Origin: Nitrospirota bacterium
GTDB lineage: Bacteria > Nitrospirota > Nitrospiria > Nitrospirales > Nitrospiraceae
Direction of reading: 5' to 3'
DNA length: 64,000 nucleotides
Assembly (NCBI GenBank): GCA_963701855.1
Contig: CAVPBK010000009.1
Location: 320,001 to 384,000, forward strand
The position numbers and the translations under genes are program-made. Of this stretch, positions 19,605 through 30,739 are shown in pieces; the first letter of the stretch is position 1, and every line of letters starts with the position of its first letter. The notes beneath the pieces were generated by a model. The model was not told the DNA's origin, made no database searches, and was given only the letters and a program-made list of their open reading frames with translations.

Positions 19605-21197
19605 TTACTTGTCTCTCGCGCCTTTCGTCACCGCTTCCATCACTTTGTCGAGATTGAAGCTGCCGGGCTTCTGGCGCGGTGGGAATTCTCTGAAGCTCTG
19701 AAGCCACTGGGCGACATAACCACCCGCGGGTGCGAACGCGAACATGCGCTCGGCCCACCAGCGTTGGTAACCCATGCTCATTTCCTGCTCCGCCAGCTCA
19801 AACGGATCCATACGGAGATTGGTGAGCGAGGGGGCGCGCAGCTCCTCGAAGGGATGCGTCCAGACGCGCATGCCCCGTGCGTTCTGCCGCAAGAAGGTGA
19901 CCTTCCAGTTGTTGAAGCGCAACGCGGCGACACTGCCGTCGTCGGTCCAGTAGAGGAACTCGTGCCGGGGCCATGCCTCCTCGCCCTTGAGCGCCGGCAA
20001 GAGGTTATAGCCGTCGAGGTGGACCTTAAAGGTCGTGTCGCCGACTTTTCGGCCCTTTAGTAAGTCCTCTTTTACTGTCGTGTCGCCGGCGGCGGCGAGG
20101 AATGTCGTCAGCATGTCTTCATGGGCGCCGATGTCGTTGACAACGATCCCAGGCTTGATGACCCCGGGCCAACGAATGAGCGTCGGTACACGATAGCCAC
20201 CTTCCCAATTCGTGTTCTTCTCGCCACGGAACATCGTCGTGCCGCCATCGGGCCAGGTGAACACCTCCGCTCCGTTGTCAGTGGAGTACATCACAATCGT
20301 GTTGTCCTCGATCCCCAGCTCCTTGAGCTTATCGAGCAACTGACCCACCATTGCATCGTGCTCGACCATGCCGTCGGCATAGATGCCAAGCCCGGTCTTG
20401 CCGTCCGATGCAGGCTTGAGGTGCGTAAAAACGTGCATGCGGGTAGAGTTCCACCAGACGAAGAACGGCTTACCATCCTTGTGCGCCTTGTCCATGAAGT
20501 CCAGTGAGCCCTTGGTAATTTCCTCGTCGATCGTCTCCATGCGCTTCTTGGGAAGCGGACCCGTGTCCTCGCATTTTTGCTTCCCAACCTTGCCGAACCG
20601 CGGGTCCACGGTGGGGTCATCTTTGTCAGTGGCAAAGCAATGGTAGACGCCGCGCGGACCGAATCTGGCTTTGAATCCCGGGGCCTTCGGATAGTCCGGG
20701 TTCTCGGGCTCCTCCTCCGCGTTCAAGTGGTAGAAATTGCCGAAGAATTCGTCGAAACCGTGAACCGTCGGAAAAAATTCATTGCGGTCACCGAGGTGAT
20801 TCTTGCCGAACTGGCCGGTGGCATAACCCCGGGCCTTGAGTAAATCGGCAATCGTGGGATCCTCCTTCTGCAAACCCTCAGGCGCGCTCGGCAGGCCGAC
20901 CTTGGTGAGTCCGGTGCGAATGGGCGATTGCCCGGTGATGAAGGCCGCGCGACCGGCGGTGCAGCTCTGCTGCCCATACCAGTCGGTAAACAGCGCGCCT
21001 TCCTTCGCAATGCGATCGATGTTCGGCGTCTTGTAGCCCATCATGCCCTGGTTGTAGGCGCTGATGTTGAAGCCGCCGATGTCATCGCCCCAGATGACGA
21101 GGATGTTAGGCTTCTTGTCGGCGGCAACTGCGGGGAGCGCGCCGCCGAGCAGCGCGATCGTCCCTACGAGAACAAACCATTGAAGCAAACGTTTCAT
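19605..21197 (-). CDS. Arylsulfatase (Cys-type, exported)
   Basis: KPNILVIWGDDIG, SCTAGR, FGKNHLGD; GGAGG RBS supports a start near 21197-21200. Confidence 0.95.
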   Translation of the reverse strand: MKRLLQWFVLVGTIALLGGALPAVAADKKPNILVIWGDDIGGFNISAYNQGMMGYKTPNIDRIAKEGALFTDWYGQQSCTAGRAAFITGQSPIRTGLTKVGLPSAPEGLQKEDPTIADLLKARGYATGQFGKNHLGDRNEFFPTVHGFDEFFGNFYHLNAEEEPENPDYPKAPGFKARFGPRGVYHCFATDKDDPTVDPRFGKVGKQKCEDTGPLPKKRMETIDEEITKGSLDFMDKAHKDGKPFFVWWNSTRMHVFTHLKPASDGKTGLGIYADGMVEHDAMVGQLLDKLKELGIEDNTIVMYSTDNGAEVFTWPDGGTTMFRGEKNTNWEGGYRVPTLIRWPGVIKPGIVVNDIGAHEDMLTTFLAAAGDTTVKEDLLKGRKVGDTTFKVHLDGYNLLPALKGEEAWPRHEFLYWTDDGSVAALRFNNWKVTFLRQNARGMRVWTHPFEELRAPSLTNLRMDPFELAEQEMSMGYQRWWAERMFAFAPAGGYVAQWLQSFREFPPRQKPGSFNLDKVMEAVTKGARDK

Positions 21198-21660
21198 CAC
21201 TGCTCCTCCTTGTGTGTTGCGTATGCAGCTCTCAATCCAATGCATGTTCAACTATCAGGGCCTATCAATTCCATGAATCACGTGAGCCCTGCGGCTTTTC
21301 GCGCGTGACATCGTCTCGAAACGGCCGCCTCCCTCGCCGAGGAGAGAGGCGGCCCTGTGTGTGGCTCACCTCACGCAGCCGACATCAGCCCGCAGCCAAC
21401 GCATGCCGCAGATTCGCGGTTGTCGGCCGTTCCCCGTTCGGGTAGTTGATCGGTGCTGTCTTGCGCGGACACCGGCTGCATGAGGGTTGTCAGGGCCAGT
21501 GGTGCCAGGGCGAGACAGAGCCCACGAATCAATCTGAGCGCTCCTCGATTTTCTTCTTCCCTCGGATGGGCTTTATTTTGCCAGGCTCTTAAGGTTAAAC
21601 CCATGGTCAAAAGGCGCATGGTAGACGCATTCCACCTGTTGTCGAGATTCCCGTTCCTGG

Positions 21661-21841
21661 GAGCCTGTCCGACATTGCCTTCGTAACGAGGCGAATGAGG
21701 CGCGGGCAGATGAGCGGCGCAAGGCTCGAAAAAACCGGAGGCGTATTCGCTGGAATACGTTGAGGATTTTTTCGGGACGAGAACGACGCAGATGGTCGCG
21801 GATCGTTCGTCGCAGTAGAACGGTCAATGTCGGACAGGCTC
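21661..21841. mobile_element. MITE with perfect 17-bp terminal inverted repeats
   Basis: GAGCCTGTCCGACATTG ... CAATGTCGGACAGGCTC; flanks CTGG/CTAC resemble a degenerate CTAG; no ORF. Confidence 0.8.
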
Positions 21842-23482
21842 CTACGGTTCGAATGGAAACACGCGCTTCCAATCCTGCTTCATGTCCACAACGGTCCAGT
21901 TCTTCGTCCTGGCTTCGTCCCAGGCTGTATCGAGCCTTCCAATTGACGACGTGCGGTCGTAGGCCCACTCGCGCTCGGCATCGGTATGATGGACGATCAG
22001 CCCGAAGCGCGCGCCGCTCCCGGCGGTCGTCCACTCCAGCATCTGCTGGTCGCCGTCTGAGTTGCCGAAGGCAGCGATCGGACGCCTGCCGATGTGCTGA
22101 TGGATGCCGACGGGCTTGCCCACGTTGTCGTCAATGAAGTTCACCTCGGCCAATCGCATGAGCACGGGCTTGCCGTCGCGCAATTCGAATTTCGTTTTGA
22201 TGCTGCTGCCGACGACCTGCTCCGGCGGAATGCCGTAGACCTTCTCCACCCACGGCCGCATGAATTCGATGCCCCCGCCCGAGACAATGAAAGTCTTGAA
22301 ACCGTTCGCGCGCAAATAGGTCAGCACTTCGACCATCGGTTGATAGACCATCTCGGTATAGGCCCGCTTGGACGTGGGATGCTTCGCGGTGGCGACCCAA
22401 TCCTTCACGATTTGCTCAAACTCCGCCGTGGTCATACCCGCGTGCGTGGCCATGACAATCTCCAGCATCATTCGTTGGCCGCCTGCCAGCGCACCTTTTA
22501 TGTCACCCTTGAGCAGCGAGGCAAACGGTTCATTGGTCTTCCACTCGGGATGTTGCGGCGCGAGCGTCTTCACGCGGTCGAGGGCAAAGAGGAATTGAAA
22601 ATACATCGGCTGCTCGGCCCAGAGCGTGCCGTCGTTGTCGAACACGGCAATGCGTTCGGCGACCGGCACGAAGTCGGGCGAGCCTTCTTTCGTGACCTGT
22701 TCGACGAAGGCGATGATGGATTTCTTTGATGCCGTGTCGTTCCACGAAGCGAGCGGCTGACTTGCCTGGTTCTGCCAGAGCATCTTCGCGGCGGTCCCGA
22801 AGTCCCCGAGATGGTAGACACTCACGCCCGCGATCCTGAAGGTGAACGGAATGTAAGGCGCAGCCTTCATCTGCTTGAGGAAGTCCTCCTTGCCCAGCCC
22901 GATGGTGACGTGCGGGCTGTAGTCCTTCCCGATGTGCTGAGGGACAAATCCGTTGACGTAGGGCGCGACCGCCCCATTGATCGGTGTGCCGCCCACGTTT
23001 TGAACGAACGCCGCGTCAGTCCCCTCCTGCGCGCAATAGGGCGCGACGGCGTCCATGATTGCCTGCTGATACTTGAGCAGCTCCGGAGTCGGTGCAATGG
23101 TGATTCCAGCCAGCCCCAGCCCCTTGAAGGGGATGTAGTAGTAACCGGTTGTCTTCAACTCCATCCCAACTGGATTCTGGGCAACCCCTACTTCCTTCAC
23201 CGCGGCGAACACCTTGTCCAGGTCCTTGGTGAAGACGAAGCGCTGGAGAACGGAAATGTGCGGGGTGTGCGTTGCGTCCAAGGCGAACCCATGCGGGTAG
23301 TTCTCCCGGAGGCGAGCATTGTCCGCTTTGGCCTGGGTAAGCATGGCGCCGTCAGGGTCGAGCAGAATGTCGATGGCAGTGAGCGCCGAGTCCGCGGCGT
23401 GCGTCGGGACGACTGAGCCGCATAGCGCCAGCGCACACACGAGAACAAGGGCGATCAGTCGTCGCATGTAGAGACGTCTCAT
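21842..23482 (-). CDS. Exported 2H-phosphoesterase-like domain fused to a HAD phosphatase
   Basis: Signal peptide; PHIS and PHVT (two HxS/T motifs); FDNDGTLW, IVSGGG and FGNSDGD HAD motifs. Confidence 0.85.
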   Translation of the reverse strand: MRRLYMRRLIALVLVCALALCGSVVPTHAADSALTAIDILLDPDGAMLTQAKADNARLRENYPHGFALDATHTPHISVLQRFVFTKDLDKVFAAVKEVGVAQNPVGMELKTTGYYYIPFKGLGLAGITIAPTPELLKYQQAIMDAVAPYCAQEGTDAAFVQNVGGTPINGAVAPYVNGFVPQHIGKDYSPHVTIGLGKEDFLKQMKAAPYIPFTFRIAGVSVYHLGDFGTAAKMLWQNQASQPLASWNDTASKKSIIAFVEQVTKEGSPDFVPVAERIAVFDNDGTLWAEQPMYFQFLFALDRVKTLAPQHPEWKTNEPFASLLKGDIKGALAGGQRMMLEIVMATHAGMTTAEFEQIVKDWVATAKHPTSKRAYTEMVYQPMVEVLTYLRANGFKTFIVSGGGIEFMRPWVEKVYGIPPEQVVGSSIKTKFELRDGKPVLMRLAEVNFIDDNVGKPVGIHQHIGRRPIAAFGNSDGDQQMLEWTTAGSGARFGLIVHHTDAEREWAYDRTSSIGRLDTAWDEARTKNWTVVDMKQDWKRVFPFEP

Positions 23483-23516
23483 GATGGGCTCCTTTCGTCG
23501 AGTCGATGGCTTGTCT

Positions 23517-23546
23517 GGCCGCATCCCCTTGCGGCGGATGCGGCCC
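23517..23546. repeat. REP-like palindrome
   Basis: GGCCGCATCC-CCTTGCGGC-GGATGCGGCC. Confidence 0.7.
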
Positions 23547-23580
23547 GGTGCGTCGAGTCAGCGTGTCCCCGAGTAGGGTG

Positions 23581-25161
<1,581 letters not shown>

Positions 25162-25226
25162 GGCTCCTCCTTGTGTGCTGCGTATGCAGCTCTCAATCCA
25201 ATGCACGTTCAACATTGCCCCCTCCT

Positions 25227-26576
25227 TCATTGATTTAAAATATCTCGCATCTTCTTGTCGTTACGACGCCGAGCCGCCGGGCCGAAGGTCACCCCTTGCG
25301 AGCCCCAGTTCAGGGTAAAGGCAAAGAAATGCATCATCGCGTCTTTATAGGCGCCGGTCACCTGCCCGGCCAGCGGACCGCGATTTTGCGAGATCGACAG
25401 ATCGCCCATATAGGACACCTCATAGCTGAAGCCCAATTTGACCTTCTCGTTCATCAGCCAATTGGCGCCCAGGCCGAACTTGTACGTCGCACCAACCGGA
25501 AGGGCGATACTTCTGTTTGCGGACTGATACCATGGAAGAATCGTAGGCGAACCCGCTGTTGAGCAGCCACTCTGGGATTCAGCCGGTATTGGGTGCCGAC
25601 TCCCACATGGTAGGTATCGTTGTAATCGACGTTGGTGGTCAGCGACGGGTTGTTTTGACCACCCGTAACTGCGACGTCCACCTTGCCGAATTGGCTCCAA
25701 TTTTCCCACCCGAAGTCACCCATGATCGCCCACGCGTCACTGAGTTCATGATAGCCGCTGAGGATGACGTGCTGGGGCACCGTCACGCCTAGATCGAGAT
25801 TGCGGTTCAGGAGACCCCTATTTTGCAACGCGGAGCCGATGGTCCCCAGGTTCGAAAAGGTGGGGGTGGTCGAGAAATTCAATTTGATCGGCGAATAGTA
25901 GGTGACACCGACCGGGTGCCTTTTTTTGGCTCGACGAGAACACCGAACTGGCCGCCGACTCCCGCAGTCGTATCCGAGAGAGACAGCCGCCCATCCCCGG
26001 CGCCCGGCGGAAGCACGTTGTTAACATTCGACGTAAACTGGAGATAGGCTAGCATGACGTTGGGACCGCCTCCAATGGAAAGATATTCGTTCACCCGGTA
26101 ACTCGCCACCGGGGCAAAGGTGATCCCGGCTAACATGTCACTTGCTTCACATAATAGCGGCCGGCAAAGCCCTGGTTATTCTTCAATCCCAGGCCAAAGT
26201 TCGACAGGATGCCGAGCCCGACTTTGAAATCCTTGCCGAGGCTGTGCACATAGAAGCCGCTCGCGCCCGGCATCGCCCCGATTGGATTCCCGCCCCCATT
26301 CCCGCCATAGGGTGTGTTGGTGCCGCTGAATCCGCCGCTTTGGAAATACAAAGCCTGCAAGCCACCTTGGAATTGATTGCCTTCCAGACGGCTCATGCCG
26401 GCGGGATTCTTAAACAGGGTGGAGGCATCCTGCGTGCGCGCCGCCCAGCCTGCTCCTGCAAGCGCTACGTCTTCTGTTCCGATTTCCGTCAAGAACAATC
26501 CGCCGGCTTTGGACTCATATGCCAGAGCCACAATCATCACAACTGTCGCCAGTACCAAGGTCAACTTCCGGAACAT
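25227..26576 (-). pseudogene. FadL/OmpP1/TodX-family outer-membrane transporter with several frameshifts
   Basis: AGAGWAA...DASTLFKNPAGM N-terminal motif; coding sense continues across frame shifts near 26136, 25912, 25575 and 25525. Confidence 0.8.
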
Positions 26577-26607
26577 ACTTAATTCTCCTTTTTCTTTCGA
26601 TCGACGG

Positions 26608-26706
26608 CCTGTCTGGTTTATTTAGTTTGTCTCGTTTGTCTCGTTTTTTGGTTGAACGAAATTAACCAGATGAACCAAATCAACCAGACAAACGAGATGA
26701 ACCAGA
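26608..26706. repeat. 9-bp-unit inverted-repeat element, copy 5
   Basis: Core TTGGTTGAACGAAATTAACCAGATGAACCAAATCAACCAGAC. Confidence 0.85.
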
Positions 26707-26722
26707 AATGCCCTGGAATGCA

Positions 26723-26861
26723 TGCAATTTATTAAGACAGGCATCTTAGATTTTTTGAAATATCAATGCAACGGATTTTCCTGCCGTGTGTTTCTGCCGG
26801 CCTCTACAAACCTTACCTTGAAAGATCGGCATGCGTTCCGTAGAATGCGCGCCCTATGCAC
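26723..26861. promoter_or_regulatory. Divergent promoter region B; sigma70 TTGAAA(26818)-17-TAGAAT(26841) on +
   Basis: Homologous to 17563-17690. Confidence 0.7.
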
Positions 26862-26958
26862 GCGGGCTCTCATCCATAGGGCAGGCATGGCACATGCCGT
26901 AATTCCTTTTGCTTTCATGCAATAACTGTTTCTATCGCGGTGCGGTTACCTTTTATCT

Positions 26959-28506
26959 ATGCGTAACCACTTGCCGATGATACGCCGGCTTGTCGTGATG
27001 CTCTGCGCCGTCCTGTGGGCCTTCTGGTTCATTCCCCTCTCCTATGGAGGAAACGACGAGGCGCAGGACTCGCCACCCGAAGACCAATCACGTCTCAAAT
27101 CGGCCAGTGAGATAATTGCACGATCGAGCCAACTGATGCAGGACTCACCGAAACAGTTTAAGGACTACTTCCAGGAGAAAGTCGCGAAAATGGAAAAAGA
27201 ACCTTGGCGTGAAACCGCCGATGAAATCCTGATCGATTCTGGCCAAGTCCGGTGGCACCGCTATCTGCGGGCTCTCGCGGACACCCCGCAATGGCTGGAC
27301 ATCGGATTTTCACATCGCATGCGATATGAGAGCCTCACGAACAATTTTCGAAAGGGCGAGGACGAGGATGTCAATGGGCTCGCCCTGCGCACCCGCCTCA
27401 GGGTCGGCGTCGATTGGAATATGTTTCGAGTCCTCCTGGAAACCCAGAACTCGACCGATGTGCAAGAACAGGGTGCCACCGACGCCACACTCAACTCTTC
27501 ACTCTTGAGCCAAGACCGCCTGCTGCAAGGGTTCCTCGCGATGAAATTCGACAATGTGTTCGACACCGGACTACGGACCGATGTGCATCTCGGCAGGATG
27601 ACGATGGATTTTTGAAACCGGCGGCTCATCGCCCGGAACGACTTTCGGAATACGACGAACACGTTTGAAGGGGCTCACTGGAACCTGGCAGAAGAGCATG
27701 TCTGGCGGACTCGCACGTTCATCGTCAAACCGGTGGCCGAAACCTTTGGGGTCCTCCAGCCGGTTTCGGATAGGCTGTTCTGGGGCGTACGATATGAGGA
27801 CCGCCGCCAGCCCTGGCTTCTTCTCGATCTGTATTACTTCGGCATCAATGGAGGTGAGAGTCAAGGCCGGCAACGCACCCTTGGTACGTACGGCATTCGG
27901 CATTTTCGATCCGCGGAGGTCAGCCGGTTCGATTACGAGGGTGAGTCGGCCTTTCAGAAGGGCACGAGAGACGGCCTGGATCACTTCGCTCACTTGCAGC
28001 ACTTTCAAATCGGCTACACCTTCGATTTGCCAATGCAACCCCATGTCATCGTCCAGTATGACTATGCCAGCGGAACCAGTGATCCGAACAGCGGCAAGAG
28101 CGGAACGTTCGATACCCTCTTCGGAGCCCGGCGGTCCGAGTACACCCTCACCGGCACCTTCGGGCCATTTTTTCGATCGAATATCAGCTCTCCGGGTATT
28201 CGCCTGGAAACGCAAACCAAACGAGAAGTCGATCTGATCCTGAAGTGGCGCGCGTGGTATCTTGCCCAATCAAAAGACGCATGGGTCGGTTCCGGGTTAC
28301 AGGACCAGACCGGAGCAGCCGGCAACTTTCTCGGACAGGATGTGGAAATCCGCGCGCGCTGGAAGTGGGGCACCTACACGTCGTTCGATGTGGGCTATGA
28401 CCACTTCTTCAAGGGGTCGTACATCAGGAACTTGGCCCAAATCCAGGGGAACCCTTCGGGCAAGGATAGCGACTATTTCTATATCCAAAGCGAATTCCAG
28501 TTCTAA
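26959..28506 (+). pseudogene. Alginate-export (AlgE-like) family beta-barrel with an in-frame TGA at 27613-27615
   Basis: GRMTMDF*NRRLIARNDFRNTTNTFEG; ORFs 26959 and 27733 are in the same frame; C-terminal Phe. Confidence 0.82.
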
Positions 28507-28540
28507 TACTGGCCGACTGCCGCAGACTGTCTTGCTTCTC

Positions 28541-29521
28541 GTGGTGCTCGTCAGTCTCTTACTCGCGCCACGACCGGCTTCTTCGAAAGAGGGTTGGTCT
28601 CTCGAAGGCCGGGGAACTCTCTTCTATACCGATGACGTCGGTTTGTTTTCCGCCGCCCGACGTTTGAGCAGGGACAGCGATCCGACCCAGCCGGCCATCG
28701 ATTCGAAACTGACGGATCAGGGATCGGACATGGTGTTCGAGCCGGTGGCCAACGTCACGCGGTCTATGACGAACAACCTTGGACGGCTCGACCTCAATGT
28801 GCAAGGCCAGGGCTTCATCTTCACGGAGAATCCGGAGTTCAACCACGGCACGCTGAGGGTCCAGGCCATTCAGGACCTTTCCTCCAGCACCCGCGCGCAG
28901 GCGAGATTTTATTATGCCCCAAACCAGTTTCTCGGCAACAACGAAGAGCGTCAGTCAGGCCAGAAACAGCTGTCGGACGAACGATTCACCAGTTACATCT
29001 GGTCAACCCGCCTCATTCACGATGTGACTCCGGATCTCTCCCTCCAATTGCTCGGCCGGTACGGCCTGCGCCGTTATAACGAAGCCTTCTCGGAACGCAA
29101 CACAAACTTCTGGACGATCGGCCCGCACGTGGATTGGCGCGTCGCCCCGAAGCTTAAGCTCGGGCTGAGCTACCATTACGAACGCGGACTGGCTCAGGGG
29201 CGCAACCAGCCGCAGTTCGAGGACGATACGTCCTATATCAACCACTACCTGTCCGCAGACGTCGACATTGAACTGACCGAGCGGCTCTCGCTCCTCACCG
29301 CGTTTCACTTCGAACATAACATCTGGACCAGTAGTCTCGCCGGCGATGAACGGAACGGCGCCTATGAAAACATCTATCAAGGTGAAATGACTCTGACCTA
29401 TCGCCTGACAGAATCAATCCAAGGATTCGGAGGAGTTCAGCGTTCCAGCCGGAAGGAAAGTTTTGAGTCGAGTTCTATCAAGGACACCAATGTCGGCATC
29501 GGCCTCTCCGCGCAGTTCTGA
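28541..29521 (+). CDS. Outer-membrane beta-barrel protein (start uncertain)
   Basis: Hydrophobic leader, alternating beta strands, C-terminal GLSAQF. Confidence 0.75.
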   Translation: MVLVSLLLAPRPASSKEGWSLEGRGTLFYTDDVGLFSAARRLSRDSDPTQPAIDSKLTDQGSDMVFEPVANVTRSMTNNLGRLDLNVQGQGFIFTENPEFNHGTLRVQAIQDLSSSTRAQARFYYAPNQFLGNNEERQSGQKQLSDERFTSYIWSTRLIHDVTPDLSLQLLGRYGLRRYNEAFSERNTNFWTIGPHVDWRVAPKLKLGLSYHYERGLAQGRNQPQFEDDTSYINHYLSADVDIELTERLSLLTAFHFEHNIWTSSLAGDERNGAYENIYQGEMTLTYRLTESIQGFGGVQRSSRKESFESSSIKDTNVGIGLSAQF

Positions 29522-29553
29522 TCTGGCTGGTTGATCTGGTTAGTTTCGTTCAA
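29312..29553 (+). repeat. Direct repeat A (3' end of the barrel gene plus the start of a 9-mer element)
   Basis: Matches 30411-30652 with about a dozen mismatches by hand count. Confidence 0.92.
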
Positions 29554-29644
29554 CTAAATAAACAAGACAGGCTGACTGCCGATGTCTTTGCTGATGTATG
29601 GCTGATAGGTGCTGCTCCACTTCAAAGGCCCCTCTGCCGCGCAA

Positions 29645-30055
29645 TCACAAATCCCCGATCTGCACCCACGGAACTCTGGCAAAGTGTTTGCGGTCATAGG
29701 TGAGAATCTCTGTGAGTCCTTGCTCTTTCATATGGAAAGCGTTGTACGCGTCCACGAAATCGATGTTCGCATGGACATAGAGATCGAGGGCCATGAAGAG
29801 CAGCGGCGACTCGGAACAATCCAGATTGGGCGTATTCAGGATCTTCTCAACTTTCGCGGCGATATCCGGCTTCTCCAGTTTGTAAAAGGATTCCAGTGTC
29901 CAGATGATCTCGGCGATGACCAGCAGGCTCGTCGCCAATCTGATCTTGCCTCGCAGGGCATCGCGAAACAGCATCTCGGCTCGCTTGGCTTTCGCCGGGT
30001 CGTCGTTGGTCAGAAAACGGAGAAACACATTGGTATCCACGAAGACACTACCCAT
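29645..30055 (-). CDS. vapC: PIN-domain (VapC-like) toxin
   Basis: FVDTNVFLRFL, IAEIIWTL, DFVDAY, LTYD. Confidence 0.9.
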   Translation of the reverse strand: MGSVFVDTNVFLRFLTNDDPAKAKRAEMLFRDALRGKIRLATSLLVIAEIIWTLESFYKLEKPDIAAKVEKILNTPNLDCSESPLLFMALDLYVHANIDFVDAYNAFHMKEQGLTEILTYDRKHFARVPWVQIGDL

Positions 30056-30299
30056 GCCCGGCCACCTTCCTTGCTATAGTCCGCTTCACCGATTGACGAA
30101 TCTTTTCAAAATCTTCCGGATGCACAGACGGCCCAACCGACCCTCTGAGGTCAAGAATGGTTCCTTTGACAACCTTCAAGACCACCTCTTCGTCTCTCAT
30201 CACGAAGAGAACTTTCTCGCCTTCCTTCATTCCCAGGCGGTCACGAATCGCTTTAGGAATAGTGACCTGCCCCTTCCTGGTCATAGTAGATTCAAGCAT
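30048..30299 (-). CDS. AbrB/MazE/SpoVT-family antitoxin
   Basis: TRKGQVTIPKAIRDRLGMKEGEKV; overlaps the PIN gene. Confidence 0.92.
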   Translation of the reverse strand: MLESTMTRKGQVTIPKAIRDRLGMKEGEKVLFVMRDEEVVLKVVKGTILDLRGSVGPSVHPEDFEKIRQSVKRTIARKVAGHG

Positions 30300-30410
30300 T
30301 CATACCTCCATCAATTTGGTAGTACATCGTAATTTTAGTACTACTTTTCAAGCGAGTCAATACGCTGCAAAACTTCACGACATCGCGAATGGCCGGTCAA
30401 CCAACGGCAT

Positions 30411-30732
30411 GAACACAACATCTGGACCAGTGGTCTGGCAGGCGGTGAACGGAACGGCGCCCATGAAAACATCTACCAAGGTGAAATGACTGTGACCTAT
30501 CGCCTGACGGATTCCATCCAAGGATTCGGAGGAGTTCAGCGTTCCAACCGGAAGGAAAGTTTTGAGTCGAGTTCTATCAAGGACACCAATGTCGGCATCG
30601 GCCTCTCCGCGCAGTTCTGATCTGGCTGGTTGATCTGGTTAGTTTCGTTCAACCAAAAAACTAGACAAACCAGATAGACCAGACCAACCAAACAACCATC
30701 TTCTAACGCTGGCAGACTTTTTCAGCATCCTG
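30411..30732 (+). repeat. Direct repeat B plus a complete 9-mer element ending in the GACTTTTTCAGCATCCTG end motif
   Basis: Copy of 29312-29553, then AACCAGATAGACCAGACC units and CTGGCAGACTTTTTCAGCATCCTG as at 8925-8948. Confidence 0.9.
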
Positions 30733-30739
30733 CCATTGC

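Noticed and set aside
21371..21619. Short ORF with a signal-peptide-like segment
   Set aside because: No clear start or domain; probably a gene remnant beside the MITE
27613..27615. Selenocysteine recoding of the in-frame TGA
   Set aside because: The position corresponds to Gly in the DFG.RRL motif, not Cys, and no convincing SECIS is visible; a G-to-T nonsense change is simpler
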